A stretch of DNA of 64,000 nucleotides from Phycisphaerae bacterium (GCA_035477895.1 DATIKE010000155.1:5045-69044), one strand, 5' to 3'. Shown: positions 1 to 11,079, numbered from the stretch's first letter. Notes: generated from the sequence alone by a model not told the origin. A program made the numbers and translations.

Positions 1-1803
1 GTGATCCGCCTGGTAGAACTTCTCGAAGATGCGCCGCAGATCCCGGCGGGCGATGCCGACGCCGTGGTCGATCACCTCGAACAGGATCCAATCGCCCTCG
101 CACCGGGCCCGCAGGCAGACCCGCTTGTCATTCTGCGAATACTTGCGGGCGTTGTCCAGGAGGTTGACCAGCACGGTGGTCAGAGCGTCGCGGTCACCGA
201 GGACCGCGGGCAGGTCGCCCGGCACCTGGACCTCCAGTTGAAACCTGTCACTCGCGAAGCGTTCTCGGACCGCCTCGACGGCCGCCGCGGCAACTTCGCC
301 CGCGTTGATCGCCCGCAGGTCGAACGTCCGCTTGTTACGTTCCATGCGCGAAAACGTCAGGAAGTTGTCGATCAGGCTGCTGAGCCGGAGGTTCTCCCGG
401 GCGATCAGGCTCAGGTACTCGCGGGTTTTGCTTGCATCATGGGTTTTCCCGTCCAGCAGCGTCTCGGTGAGCAGCCGGATCGAGGCCAGCGGGGTCTTCA
501 ACTCGTGCGACACTGTGGCGATCAGGTCGTTCTTCAGCCGGGTAAGCCGTACCTGCCGGCTCAGGTAACGGACCAGCAGCAGGGCCAGCGCCGCCACGGT
601 CCCCATGGCCAGGATGCCCGTCCAGAGGTAGACCGCGATTCGCCGCTCGGCCGCGTTCGAGAACGGATCGGGCCCGGTCAGTCGCAGTGCGATACGCCAG
701 TCCGGCAGGATCGCGCCGGCCCAGGTCTCCAGCAGCGGCTCCTGCCGAGCGGGTAATACCGTTGCCGGCCGGATCTCGGTGACCGCATCCGTGGCGTTAC
801 CCTCGGAGGCGGCCAGTTGTTCCATGCGATCGATCAGCTGATCCTCGCGGAACAGGGCTACGACCCGCTGGTTCGGCGAGGTCCACTGCCAGACGCCGGA
901 CATCGCCGATCGGACCAGCACGCCCGGTACCGCCGGGCGCCCTCCGCGATCGAGAAACTGCGCTGCGAGCGTCTCGGCCTCGAAGGTCGGCAGGGGAGCC
1001 AGGCCCGGTTCCAACCGCCGCAGTTCGATCATCAGGAACAGCCGTTGCGAGGCCGGCATCACCGGCAGCGAATAGTCCATCAACCGCGCACGCAGTTCGG
1101 CCGCCAGTTGTGTCCACTCGGGTACGAGCCGATCCCGCGGCAGCGTCAGAGCAAAGAGTTGCATGTTGGGGACGATCAATCTTCCTATCGGATCGCGAGT
1201 GGCGCGATAGTTCGGCTCGGCCATCACATGCCGGGTCACATCCAGGGCTGCGTCGATCTTTCCGATTCGAGCCAGGCAACGGGCTTGGGCCTGCAACGCG
1301 CGGGCCGCCAAGTCGGCCTCGCTGCTCTCGCGGGCGATCCGGGCGTAGAGTTCCGCGGCGTGGATGTCATCATGCTCCGCCTCTTCGAGTTGGACCGCCT
1401 TTAGCCAGTCAGAGCCAGTTTTCTCCTCAATAGAAGAAATGACGCTCTCGAAGGCCGGATACTCAGGCCGGTCCTGCGGGTCATAGAACGTCAGGCTGTC
1501 GGCCGTTCCGTTCGTGACCAGCCGGGCGAACGACTCGACGGCGGGCACCTTCGGATCGAGACCCGTCAACTCACGAGCCCGGGCCTGCCAGAACGCCTCG
1601 ACCTTCTGGCTAACCCGCTCGATACGGGGCATATACGCGTTTTGCAGCCGCTGGCGCACCGCCAGCCGCTCGTTGCTCATCGCCTGCACCATGAACCACA
1701 GCACACACGCGGTGGGCGTGACCACCGCCACGACCAGCAACAGCAACACCGGCCACTGCCCGCGGCTGGTGTTTGCGCGTCGCGTCAAGTCGGGTCTGGT
1801 CAC
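1..1803 (-). CDS. Sensor histidine kinase (3' end truncated by the window edge)
   Basis: Absent from the ORF track because it runs off the window. Reverse-complement translation gives the H-box LKNDLIATVSHELKTPLASI. The HATPase_c region reads DRDALTTVLVNLLDNARKYS...VIDHGVGIARRDLRRIFEKFYQADH and ends in frame at base 1. GTG start at 1803 is followed by a TM helix (WPVLLLLVVAVVTPTACVLWFMV). Confidence 0.85.
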   Translation of the reverse strand, partial: MTRPDLTRRANTSRGQWPVLLLLVVAVVTPTACVLWFMVQAMSNERLAVRQRLQNAYMPRIERVSQKVEAFWQARARELTGLDPKVPAVESFARLVTNGTADSLTFYDPQDRPEYPAFESVISSIEEKTGSDWLKAVQLEEAEHDDIHAAELYARIARESSEADLAARALQAQARCLARIGKIDAALDVTRHVMAEPNYRATRDPIGRLIVPNMQLFALTLPRDRLVPEWTQLAAELRARLMDYSLPVMPASQRLFLMIELRRLEPGLAPLPTFEAETLAAQFLDRGGRPAVPGVLVRSAMSGVWQWTSPNQRVVALFREDQLIDRMEQLAASEGNATDAVTEIRPATVLPARQEPLLETWAGAILPDWRIALRLTGPDPFSNAAERRIAVYLWTGILAMGTVAALALLLVRYLSRQVRLTRLKNDLIATVSHELKTPLASIRLLTETLLDGKTHDASKTREYLSLIARENLRLSSLIDNFLTFSRMERNKRTFDLRAINAGEVAAAAVEAVRERFASDRFQLEVQVPGDLPAVLGDRDALTTVLVNLLDNARKYSQNDKRVCLRARCEGDWILFEVIDHGVGIARRDLRRIFEKFYQADH

Positions 1804-2097
1804 GTGAGTGGTCTCCGCGGATTGCTCATACGGCCATGCCTGAGGTCAGTCAATGCACTTGTCGGATTCTCCAACCTGCTGGGCCATCGCTTCGGAGATC
1901 GTTCGACCGAGGGCTTCCACGTCTCTCGCGTAGAGGCGGATACGAAGCGCGCGCCCACGATACCAGTGTTTCACGGATCTTCGGACTGAGTTTCCACATA
2001 TCGCCCCGGCAGGCAGGATCGTCCCACCTGGACGTCCCTGATCCATTCGCGATCCGTTAGTATGCCTTTCTCGTAACCTTGAAAAGGTTGAATTCCC

Positions 2098-4464
2098 TTA
2101 TCTGCCTGTCGTCTTGGTCTTGGCGCCATGCTCCTTCCACCATGACCGCCACTTCTCCTTGGAGTCGCCGAGATACTGCCCGGTGATCTGGGCCAGGGCC
2201 AGGCGCGAATAGACCTTCACGTTCAGGTTGCCGTGGTCGATCAATTCGATGAGTGTGGGGACGGCGGCCTTGTCGCCGATGCGCCCGAGACCCCGAACGG
2301 CCATCCACTTGGGCCGGTTGTTGGACATCGGTTCCTCGGCGACGGCGATCAACGCGGCCACCGCGCCCTCGCAGCGGATGTTGCCCAGGGCGGCAATGGC
2401 CCGCGTGCGGGTCTTGAAGTCGTCGCCGCGGGCCTCCTGAATCCACCGCTCGGACATGGCGTCTTTCCCGCTCTGCGAGGCGGCCTCGTACCGACCCTCC
2501 GGCCTGAACCAGCTCGCGAACTCCCGCTCGTACTTCTCGACCTGTTTCCTCGTCTCGCCATCGAGCATTGACATGGCATCCGACGCGGCGGGCTGAGAGG
2601 ATACCTCCCGCGAGAGATCGTTGATCGCCTTGGCCCGTGCGATCATCTCTTCGGGTATCGGCGTCGGCTTGCCATCGGCACCCCTGGTCGCAAACAGGAT
2701 CACGCAGGGCTGGGCGGCCAGTTTGTCCGGCGTCTGGAAGTTGGTGTACTCCCCATTGTTGATGCCGACCCAGTATACCTTGCCGGGTTCGAGCTGGACC
2801 GGAAGTGAGCACGTCTTCAGTGTCCCGTCGTACCGCGGCTCACCGGTGGTCTTCGGGAACGTCTCCTTCGATTCCTGCACCCACGACCAGCTCAGATCCA
2901 TCATCTTTCGATCAAACGTGACCGAGATCTCTTTCAACGACGCGGACACACCGTTGGCAAATGCTTCCGGCGAAGTTTTCACCGCGCTCGGCCGGGCCGG
3001 CGCGGACGCCGGGCTCTTGGCCGCGAAACTGCCGACGATGCCGTCATACGTCGCCCGCATCGCGTCGAAGCCGTTCTTCTCGATCCGGAACACGAACCAG
3101 TATACGGCCTGCTTGCCGACAATGTAGGTGCGGTACTCAATCATGTTCTTGCCGTCATTCTGGTAATCGGCGATGAACCGGGCGGCGGGCAGGTCGGCCA
3201 CCCGGAGGTCCTGCCAACTGTCCTTCCGCACCGTGTAATCCTTGAAGTGGTCTTTCAGCACCCTGATTTCGCCCTCGGCAACTTTCCGGACTGACAGGTT
3301 CTCCACCGAGCCCTTGTCGACGGCCAACACGGCCCAGGTGTCCAGGCCCGGCGGCAGCAACTGGATGATTTCGTGATTCGCCTTGTGGCGGACGAACTGC
3401 CAGCCGGCAGGCAGGGTCATGGACACGCCCAACTCCGCGTCCGCAAGCTGTACCGGCTTGTCGCGGACGATCGTGGAAACCTCGGTCAGTTCCATCACCG
3501 CTGCGCCGGATTCGTACTTGGCCAGCCATCGGTGGGCGTCGGCCGTGAACCACAGGTGGTGCTCGAGTGCCTTCACCGTGCTGTCCCACACCGACAGGTC
3601 CATCTTGTGGCACTCATAGGTCCCGGCCGGCACGGTCACCTCCTCCTTGCCCGTCACTTCAATCCGGCATTGGACAATGGTGCCTCCAATCACTGGAAAT
3701 ATCCAGAATGACGCCTTGTACCCCTCGGCCAGCGGCATCCGCCGCAGCATCTGGAGGGCCTCTTCGTTGTCGTATACCGGTCGATTCAGGTCCAGGGTGT
3801 GTGTTTTATCCTGCCCTTTGGCATGTACCGTGAGCTTGACCTTGTCGGGCTGATAGACGGCCTGGAAGTCGCCCAGAAGGCTGTTGGCGGTCCGGCCGGT
3901 GACCGGCGCGAAGCTGTCGCGGTCGGCATCGACCCGCGTGTACTGCAGCATGTTGTTAATGCTGGTGAAAAGCCAGGACTCGAGTTGCCAGACGTCGCGG
4001 CCGCCGGCCTTGCCGGATCGGACGGCGTAGATCGTCGAGCCGAGGTTGGCGCCGGCGGCGCTGCTGATTCGCAGGCGCATGATCTCGCCGTCGGCCCACG
4101 GCGCCGGCTGCAGCTTCAACGGCTGGTAGTCCAGTTTGCTGAGCTGCTGGAGCGCCTTGGCGACGACGTCCTTCTGGTCGGCGTAATCGGCGGTGACTCT
4201 CTTGAAGGCCTCGATGGCTTCCTTATTCTGCCCCTTGCGTGCCAGACACTGGCCGAGGCGGTAGTACGCCTGGGCCACGAGTGCCCGATCGGCCTCGACC
4301 GTCTTGACGATCTGCTGATAGAGTTTGATCGCCCCGTCGAGGTCGCCGGCTGTCTCCTCGGTGTAGACGGCCTTCTCCAGCAGCGTCGACATCGGCTCGG
4401 CTGATCCGATGCCGGCCCAGGTCAGCATGCACACGATGGCGGGAATGAGCAGGCGACGGGTCAT
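2098..4464 (-). CDS. Secreted TPR / HEAT-repeat protein of unknown function
   Basis: 794-aa ORF. The likely start is the ATG at 4464 (MTRRLLIPAIVCMLTWAGIGSA signal peptide) with GGAGGA 6 nt upstream. It has N-terminal TPR-like helices and C-terminal HEAT/PBS-lyase-like repeats (ALGNIRCEGAVAALI..., GLGRIGDKAAVPTLIELI). Confidence 0.7.
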   Translation of the reverse strand: MTRRLLIPAIVCMLTWAGIGSAEPMSTLLEKAVYTEETAGDLDGAIKLYQQIVKTVEADRALVAQAYYRLGQCLARKGQNKEAIEAFKRVTADYADQKDVVAKALQQLSKLDYQPLKLQPAPWADGEIMRLRISSAAGANLGSTIYAVRSGKAGGRDVWQLESWLFTSINNMLQYTRVDADRDSFAPVTGRTANSLLGDFQAVYQPDKVKLTVHAKGQDKTHTLDLNRPVYDNEEALQMLRRMPLAEGYKASFWIFPVIGGTIVQCRIEVTGKEEVTVPAGTYECHKMDLSVWDSTVKALEHHLWFTADAHRWLAKYESGAAVMELTEVSTIVRDKPVQLADAELGVSMTLPAGWQFVRHKANHEIIQLLPPGLDTWAVLAVDKGSVENLSVRKVAEGEIRVLKDHFKDYTVRKDSWQDLRVADLPAARFIADYQNDGKNMIEYRTYIVGKQAVYWFVFRIEKNGFDAMRATYDGIVGSFAAKSPASAPARPSAVKTSPEAFANGVSASLKEISVTFDRKMMDLSWSWVQESKETFPKTTGEPRYDGTLKTCSLPVQLEPGKVYWVGINNGEYTNFQTPDKLAAQPCVILFATRGADGKPTPIPEEMIARAKAINDLSREVSSQPAASDAMSMLDGETRKQVEKYEREFASWFRPEGRYEAASQSGKDAMSERWIQEARGDDFKTRTRAIAALGNIRCEGAVAALIAVAEEPMSNNRPKWMAVRGLGRIGDKAAVPTLIELIDHGNLNVKVYSRLALAQITGQYLGDSKEKWRSWWKEHGAKTKTTGR

Positions 4465-4697
4465 GTCATATCCTCCATTCAAAGTTCATGGAAACCTTCA
4501 CTGGAGGAAGTCTACATCGCCGATGTTACCGATGTGTTACCTCGGTTTCCCTTTTGTGTCCTTTTTTCGGGCCATGGAGTAGTTTAACTGTCGCTGCAGG
4601 CGGGCGTGTCGGCCGGTCCCCGATCAACACGGATCAACGTCCGGCAGGGGCACCGGACGCCACGGTTTTTCCGATGTTGCCACAGGCAATGATGCAA

Positions 4698-5786
4698 TCA
4701 CCGCCGCACGAAGTACTGCTGAGTGGGCCAGGGTTTTCGGCCGGCACATTCGAGTTCGTACAGGTGCTGTTGTTCGGCCCGAAAGGCTTCGTAGTCCGCC
4801 TGCAGCCCGCGTTCGAGCTTGTCTTCCGGCTTGAAGTGGGGCGACCAGGGGAAGGTATGCTGGGTCCACGTGAGCCGATCATCCTGACAGCGGAAGACGG
4901 TGTAGCCGGGCGGCGAGCCGACCCAGTCGCCCGCCCACCAGCCGCCGCTGGCCGCCGCACTGGTCAGGTACCACACACCGTTGAGGCGGTATTCCTCGAT
5001 CCGGTGATTGTGGCCCTGGAGCAAGGCCTTGACCTTGTGCCGTTCCAGGATGGTGCGAAGCTGGACGGAGTCGGTGATGACCCGGCCGCCCAGGCCCTTG
5101 CTTTCGGTATTGCCGGCGATCTGGATGTTGTTGCAGAACGCGGGGATGTGGGTGACGGCCACCGTCGGCTTGCCCTTGGCGGCGCCCAGGTCGTAGGCCA
5201 GCCACTCGAGCTGCTCGGGGCCGATCTTCGCTTCGTAGCCCGGCCCGTCGGCGGTGCTGACGGGAGAGACGGAGTCGAGCATCACGAAGTGCCAGCCGGC
5301 GAAGTCGAAGCTGTAGTGGCTCTTCTCCCAGCCGAGGCGATCCATGATCATCTTTTTGCCGATCTGGGGATCGTCGACCGCCACCTTGCGTCGTGAGGTC
5401 CAGCCGAGCACGTCGTGGTTGCCCATGCACGGATACCACGGGATTTCGAGCGAATCGCTGATCATCTTGAACAGGCGGATGTACTCCTCGACCTCGGCCT
5501 TGGTGTGATAGCCGGCGTCGAAGATCATGTCGCCGCCCATGAGCGCGAAAGCCGGTTTCGGGTCGAGCCGGCGAACCGACTCGATGCACGTCCGGTAGCC
5601 CTGGTCCCCCTTGCGTCTGGGGGTCACGTGAATATCGGTGAGGTGCACGAAGCTGAACGGCTCGCCGACGGCCGGCGAGGCCGCCACGGGTGTCTGGGTC
5701 GCCCTCGCCCGTTCCTCGCGGCCCAGCATTGCCACAGCGCCGACGGCACAGGCATTTCGGATCAGATCGCGTCGGGTGATGTTCAT
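4698..5786 (-). CDS. Tat-exported metallophosphoesterase (calcineurin-like)
   Basis: Internal start MNITRRDLIRNACAVGAVAML (twin-arginine signal) with GAAAGGGG upstream. Metallophosphoesterase motifs are present: HLTDIH, GGDMIFD, GNHD, VTHIP, GHNH. The upstream 46 codons of the track ORF are probably not translated. Confidence 0.8.
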   Translation of the reverse strand: MNITRRDLIRNACAVGAVAMLGREERARATQTPVAASPAVGEPFSFVHLTDIHVTPRRKGDQGYRTCIESVRRLDPKPAFALMGGDMIFDAGYHTKAEVEEYIRLFKMISDSLEIPWYPCMGNHDVLGWTSRRKVAVDDPQIGKKMIMDRLGWEKSHYSFDFAGWHFVMLDSVSPVSTADGPGYEAKIGPEQLEWLAYDLGAAKGKPTVAVTHIPAFCNNIQIAGNTESKGLGGRVITDSVQLRTILERHKVKALLQGHNHRIEEYRLNGVWYLTSAAASGGWWAGDWVGSPPGYTVFRCQDDRLTWTQHTFPWSPHFKPEDKLERGLQADYEAFRAEQQHLYELECAGRKPWPTQQYFVRR

Positions 5787-6048
5787 CACAACCCCTTTCT
5801 CTCGATCGAGTGAGGAAAATCGACTTCCGGCGAACGATTGCCCGGCCGGCGACTCGAACAGATATAGGCCCCGAACCAGGGCTTGGCAACCCGGTCCTGC
5901 CGGTCCGCCCGTTGCGGGAAACACCGGCCGGGGCTACATTTCATGCCTACAATCAGCCGCGGCGTCCCGAGACGTTGAACGCGAGGCAATCCGTCGATCG
6001 CCTCGGTATTAGTGAACGAACGCCCACACCTTTGAAGGGAGAAGGTTC

Positions 6049-6537
6049 ATGTTGTCCGACAAGATGCTCAAGGCCCTGAACGACCAGATGGATTTCGAGT
6101 TCAGCTCCGCCTACCTGTACCTGGCGATGGCCGCCCACTGCGAAGCCCGGAACCTGCCGGGCTTTGCCCAATGGTTCAAGGCCCAATTCGGCGAGGAGCA
6201 GGCCCACGCGATGAAACTTTTCGGGTACGTTGCCGACCGCGGGGGCACGGTCGCGCTCGGGGCGATCGCCAAGCCGACGTCGGCTTTCGGCTCGCCGCTC
6301 GATACGTTCAAGGAAGTCCTCGCCCACGAGCAGAAAGTGACCGCGGCGATCAACAAGCTCTACGAAGTCGCTCTGGCCGAGAAGGACTACGCGACCCAGA
6401 CCTTCCTGCAGTGGTACATCAACGAGCAGGTCGAGGAGGAGAAGACCGCCGAGGACATTATCCGCCAGCTCGAGGCCATCGGCGGCAAGGCTCACCTCAT
6501 GCTGATGCTCGATCATCGCCTGGGTGAGCGAAAGTAA
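6049..6537 (+). CDS. ftn: Non-heme ferritin
   Basis: 162 aa. MLSDKMLKALNDQMDFEFSSAYLYLAMAAH...EEQAHAMKLFGYV is a typical ferritin di-iron helix bundle. RBS GAAGGGAGAAGG precedes the start. Confidence 0.9.
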   Translation: MLSDKMLKALNDQMDFEFSSAYLYLAMAAHCEARNLPGFAQWFKAQFGEEQAHAMKLFGYVADRGGTVALGAIAKPTSAFGSPLDTFKEVLAHEQKVTAAINKLYEVALAEKDYATQTFLQWYINEQVEEEKTAEDIIRQLEAIGGKAHLMLMLDHRLGERK

Positions 6538-6596
6538 AGTAGAGCCCCCCTTGTGAGGGCTGGACGGTCGGTACGATAGGCGGCACCAGCCGATCT

Positions 6597-6637
6597 AAAA
6601 AACCGCCGCTTGGCTGGACGACAGCCAAGCGGCGGTT
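6597..6637 (-). terminator. Intrinsic terminator oriented for a minus-strand transcript
   Basis: Perfect 15-bp inverted repeat aaccgccgcttggct / agccaagcggcggtt (6601-6615 / 6623-6637) with a 7-nt loop. The A-run at 6597-6602 reads as a U-tract only on the minus strand. There is no T-run after the hairpin on the plus strand. Confidence 0.65.
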
Positions 6638-7705
6638 CGGCGCATAAAAATGCGACGCGAGGTTCGACGCAAGCGTGTCCTTCGGAGTTTTCGGTTCCGC
6701 TCCTCGCCCGCCTGTGTCACCACCTGCGAGCGTCCTCTCATGGAATCGGCTGCTCGTTCAGAGTTCTCACCCGCCTGGGTACCGCCTTATTGGTTTGGCG
6801 AGCCCACTTTGCCGTTGGACCATTTACCTCGGCTATGTGGGTTTCCCGTGGCGGGCCTCGCTGGTCGCGGTTAAACGTCCAGCAATACCCTCTCTTCGAG
6901 TTTCGCGTTCCTCCAGAGTCTTACCTAGCGTCACCTAGCCGGCCGGCCACAGCCCGCCAGCTCCTCCCATGGACTTTTGCTCCCTACAGCACATCAGGAA
7001 CCGAAGGTCCACTTCACACGGGCTTTACCTGCCCGCTTCGTTCCGCCCTCAGGGTTTGGCTACCCTCTCGACGGTTTCCTCCCTTCGATCCCGTGCCGGC
7101 TTTTTTTCACGCCGGCAGCGCTCATGGGATTCACCCTTCGGAGCATTCCCCTCTCGAAAGGTCACCCGCACGTTTCCGCACGGCTGATACCCACCTACCG
7201 TTCCTCCTGCAGCTTAACCACCTACCGAGGCAGGAGGCCGGCCCTGCAGGCCGCGGTTTCTGGGTCTACCCTTCCGAGAGTTCCTGGCGACCGGACGTGG
7301 GTTTAGCACACCGACCGCTGGTTGCTCCCCTGGGGTTTTCCCTTCTAGGGCTCTCTCTCGACAGCCTCGACCGGGATTTCGCCCAGCCTCCTCCCACGCG
7401 CTTTATCGGTCTGTGGTTGCCCACCTACCGACCGGCGCCCCGGAGTCTCGATCGGCCGCCGCCTGCCCCTGGTCTCTTCCCCAAGTGCAAGCACTCAAGG
7501 ACGATCAGGGAGGCCCTTCTAGGGTTCCTGCACCGGAACACTCCCGAGCATTCGAGTCCGACCCGTCTCTGGCTATCTTTTTCACCTCTCGCCGCGTGGT
7601 CCATTACTGCCCACCGCCCGGCGATCTTCGAGACAGGTTCCGGACTCTACCGGAGTTGTCGGGACTGCCTGAGGTGCCTTGCGATTGCGACCTCAGCGTC
7701 GCAAC
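6597..7705 (-). ncRNA. Candidate large (~1.1 kb) structured non-coding RNA, class unrecognised; 5' boundary approximate
   Basis: No minus-strand ORF of 60 aa or more lies between 6517 and 7815. The plus strand is open in all three frames because it is pyrimidine-rich. The minus-sense sequence is purine-rich with recurring motifs: CGGTAGGTGG x3, CTAGAAGGG x2, and many (T)CGAAGGG / TCGAGAGGG. Local hairpins include gccggc-gtgaaaaaaa-gccggc and ttgcgac-gctgag-gtcgcaa. It ends at the minus-strand terminator. A weak promoter-like TTGCCT-N14-TGcTACATA (minus, 7738-7710) lies upstream. Confidence 0.35.
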
Positions 7706-8352
7706 ACTCTATGTAGCACAGGATTGGATAAGAGGCAAACGAGTTGGCGCGTTTTTCGGTATTTCACAGGGCCGATTGGGCGACTTGCGCGCAGCCGCGA
7801 TGGCCGAACCCGTTTCAGGCTAATAATCTAGAGGCATGAGCGCGTCCGTAAGATTTTTCGACAAACCGTATCAGTTTTTCCAAATTCACAAAGCCCGGTC
7901 CATTGTGAACTCGACAGGCATGATTCCAGTGCGAGAGAATGACCGTGCGGCATGGCAATCTGGGTAAGATGTGCCGGTTCTCTTGATGCTCGGGCGTCCG
8001 GGGAGGGGACTTAGACTTGAGCCGCCGGGCGTCTTTGCGCATGGCGAAAAACCGCCGGGCAGAACCAAGAGTATAGATGCTTCAGCCGACCGGGATGGCC
8101 TGCTCCAGGTCGATCAGGCGTTGAACGGTCCAATCAGGCTGCAAGTCGCCCTTGTGCGGGGTTGCATCTCAAGCCCGGCCGGAGAGCATAGTGCTCGAAG
8201 TGGGAATTCCGAACTCGCCTGGCGACGCGCAAGTCGCGCAGAGGCAAGCGGCGGGTAGAGCTTGCGCTGCAGGCCCGTGCCATCCGCCGACTTGGACATG
8301 AGAAGGACCAACAACAGCGCCGGCAGAGGCTGGGCGCGGAAAGGAGATTCGC

Positions 8353-11079
8353 TTGCGTACACACGACCGTCACCGATATCGGCTTACACGCATGCTCCTG
8401 GCGACTATGACCCTCGCGATGATTGCATCCACGGCTGGTGCTGAGACGCTGTATGTCTCACCCCAGGGCAAGGACGCATGGACGGGCCGACCGGAGCACC
8501 CGAGCGCGGACGGCACCGATGGTCCGCTGGCTTCGCTGCAGGGCGCGCGCGACGCGATTCGCCGGATCAAGACTCAGGGGCCGCTCCGCGAGCCGATCAC
8601 CGTCCAGGTCGCCGACGGCCGATACACGATCGCGGAGCCCGTGGTTTTCGAGCCGACCGACAGCGGCACGAAGGACAATCCGATCACATATGCCGCCGCG
8701 CCGGGAGCCCGGCCGGTGTTCTCGGGTGGAAAACCGATCACCGGTTTCAAACCAGGGCCGGACGGCGTGTGGACCGCGCAGGTTCCCGAGGTGAAGGAGG
8801 GCAAATGGTACTTCGAGCAGCTTTTCGTGAACGGCCGGCGGGCGACGCGTGCCCGGACGCCCAACGAGGGCTACCTGCACATGGTTCGGCCGGTGGCATC
8901 CGGCACGCTGCCCGGGGAGGATAAGCCGCGGAACCTCGAGCAACGGGCATTCATGGCCCGCAACGGTGACCTGGAGCCGTTGTCGAAGCTCACGGGCCAA
9001 ACCCGCGACGACGCGAACATCGTGGTGTATCACTCGTGGGAGATCAGCCGACATCGCATCGCCTCGCTGGACGCGAAGGCCGGCACCGTCGTGTTCACCG
9101 GCGACGCCCACTGGCCGCTGGGGAAGTGGGGCGCCTCGCAGCGATACCATCTTGAGAACTATAAAGAGGCACTGGACGCCCCGGGCGAGTGGTTCCTCGA
9201 CCGCGAGGGAACCCTGTACTATCGGCCGCTGCCGGACGAGGACATGACGCGGGCGGAGGTCGTCGCGCCGGCCGCGACGGACTTCGTGCGTCTGGCCGGC
9301 CGGCCGGAGGACAACGGGTTCGTCGAGCACCTGGCGTTCAAGGGCCTGTCGTTCCGGCACGGCCAGTACCTGCTGCCCGCGGAGGGCTACTCGGACCCCC
9401 AGGCGGCGTTCGGCATCGAGGCGGCGGTGATGGCCGACGGAGCCCGCCACGTCACTTTCGAGCGGTGCGAAATCGCGCATATCGGCACGTATGCGATGTG
9501 GTTCCGTCGGGGATGCACGGACTGCCGCGTGCAACAGTGTTATCTTCACGATCTGGGCGCGGGCGGCGTGCGGATCGGCGAGGGGGCGATCCGGCCGGAA
9601 GGCCCGGAACGCACCGGTAGGATCGTCGTGGACAACAACATCATTCAGACCGGCGGGCGGATCTTCATGGGCGCGGTCGGCGTCTGGATCGGCCAGAGCG
9701 GGGACAACCGGGTCACGCACAACGACATCGGCGATTTCTTCTACACCGGTGTGTCGGTGGGCTGGACCTGGGGCTACGGCGACAGCCTCGGCCGGAACAA
9801 CCACATCGACTTCAACCACATCCACCACCTGGGCTACTGCGTGCTCAGCGACATGGGGGCGGTGTACACCCTGGGCATCTCCGACGGCACGACGGTCAAC
9901 AACAACGTCGCCCACGACATCTCGTGCTACCAGTACGGCGGGTGGGGGCTGTACAACGACGAGGGCAGCACGCACATCCTCATGGAGAACAACCTCGTCT
10001 ACAACACCACTGATGGCAATTACCACCTTCACTATGGGAAAGAGAATACCGTCCGCAACAACATCCTGGCCTGCTCGCGCCAGGTCCAGGTTCGGGGCAG
10101 CCGGCCCGAGCAGCACCTCCGGTTCACCTTCGAGGGCAACATCGTCTACTTCAAGGAGGGCGACCTGTTGATGGGCCAGTTCGACGAGACGGTCACCATG
10201 GACCGCAACCTGTATTTCGACGCCTCGGGCCGACCGCTACGATTCCTGAACATGGACCTTGCCCAGTGGCAGGCCAAGGGCAAGGATACCCGTTCGATCG
10301 TGGCAGATCCGAAGTTCATGAATCCGGCCGGCTATGACTTCCGGCTTCAGCCGGACTCGCCGGCGAGCCGGATCGGCTTCGAGCCTTTCGATTACACCAG
10401 GGCAGGCGTGTACGGAGAGGCCGAGTGGATCGCGCTGGCCCGCCGGGCCCCGTTTAACTCACAACCGTTCCCGACCATCCCGCCGCCACAGCCGCCGACC
10501 GAGATCAACGACGACTTCGAGCAGACGGCAGCGGGTGGGGTACCGGCCCTGCTGCAGGTTTACGCGGAGAACCGCAAGGACGCGGTGGCGGTCACCGACG
10601 ATACCGCAGCCGCGGGCACCCACAGCCTGAAGGCGGCCGACTCGCCGGACTTCAAGACGCCCTACAATCCGCACTTCTTCTACCCGCTGAACCACAAGGA
10701 AGGTGTCACGACTTCGTCGTTCGACATACGGATCGAGCCGAACACGGTGATGTACCACCAGTGGCGAGACGGCGACAACCCCTACAAGGTCGGCCCCACG
10801 TTCGATATCCGCGGCGGCAGGCTGGTGGCCGGCGGCGAGTCCATCGATCTGCCGACCGGACAGTGGTGCCACGTCGAGATCTCCGTCGGCCTCGGGCCGA
10901 AGTCAACGGGCACCTGGGATCTGTCGATCACCTTGCCCGGCCAGCCGGCGCGGAAACTGGCCGGCCTGAAGAACCCAAACCCGGAGTTCAAGAGCCTCTC
11001 CTGGTTCGGTTTCAGTTCCACGGCCGTGGACAAGACGACCTTCTGGCTGGACAATCTGCGGATTGTGAACAGGCAATGA
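8353..11079 (+). CDS. Secreted right-handed parallel beta-helix repeat protein (pectate-lyase-fold), 908 aa
   Basis: Signal peptide [24 protein letters not shown]. The body has repeated beta-helix-type segments (NNIIQTGG..., [41 protein letters not shown]). TTG start is preceded by GGAAAGGAG. Confidence 0.75.
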   Translation: MRTHDRHRYRLTRMLLATMTLAMIASTAGAETLYVSPQGKDAWTGRPEHPSADGTDGPLASLQGARDAIRRIKTQGPLREPITVQVADGRYTIAEPVVFEPTDSGTKDNPITYAAAPGARPVFSGGKPITGFKPGPDGVWTAQVPEVKEGKWYFEQLFVNGRRATRARTPNEGYLHMVRPVASGTLPGEDKPRNLEQRAFMARNGDLEPLSKLTGQTRDDANIVVYHSWEISRHRIASLDAKAGTVVFTGDAHWPLGKWGASQRYHLENYKEALDAPGEWFLDREGTLYYRPLPDEDMTRAEVVAPAATDFVRLAGRPEDNGFVEHLAFKGLSFRHGQYLLPAEGYSDPQAAFGIEAAVMADGARHVTFERCEIAHIGTYAMWFRRGCTDCRVQQCYLHDLGAGGVRIGEGAIRPEGPERTGRIVVDNNIIQTGGRIFMGAVGVWIGQSGDNRVTHNDIGDFFYTGVSVGWTWGYGDSLGRNNHIDFNHIHHLGYCVLSDMGAVYTLGISDGTTVNNNVAHDISCYQYGGWGLYNDEGSTHILMENNLVYNTTDGNYHLHYGKENTVRNNILACSRQVQVRGSRPEQHLRFTFEGNIVYFKEGDLLMGQFDETVTMDRNLYFDASGRPLRFLNMDLAQWQAKGKDTRSIVADPKFMNPAGYDFRLQPDSPASRIGFEPFDYTRAGVYGEAEWIALARRAPFNSQPFPTIPPPQPPTEINDDFEQTAAGGVPALLQVYAENRKDAVAVTDDTAAAGTHSLKAADSPDFKTPYNPHFFYPLNHKEGVTTSSFDIRIEPNTVMYHQWRDGDNPYKVGPTFDIRGGRLVAGGESIDLPTGQWCHVEISVGLGPKSTGTWDLSITLPGQPARKLAGLKNPNPEFKSLSWFGFSSTAVDKTTFWLDNLRIVNRQ

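Noticed and set aside
1846-2046. 66-aa minus ORF between the histidine kinase and the TPR/HEAT gene
   Set aside because: No RBS, no motif, and arginine-rich composition. There is insufficient support to call a gene.
6597-7705. Known RNA classes for the candidate ncRNA (23S/16S rRNA fragment, RNase P, tmRNA, group II intron, CsrB-like GGA sponge)
   Set aside because: None of the signatures I remember is present. Missing are the rRNA universal blocks, the RNase P GAGGAAAGTCCGG P4 strand, the tmRNA GGGGCTGA start and TCCACCA end, and the group II 5' GTGCG plus domain V. GGA motifs are frequent, but at about the rate expected from the purine-rich composition. The class is left unassigned.
6610-7716. 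368-aa plus-strand ORF (and overlapping plus ORFs 6650-6874, 6675-6938, 6969-7187, 6977-7306, 7413-7823)
   Set aside because: It is P/S/R/L-rich and low-complexity, with no recognisable motifs. All three plus frames are open simultaneously, which indicates a stop-poor pyrimidine-rich strand rather than coding. There is no RBS, and it starts inside a terminator hairpin.
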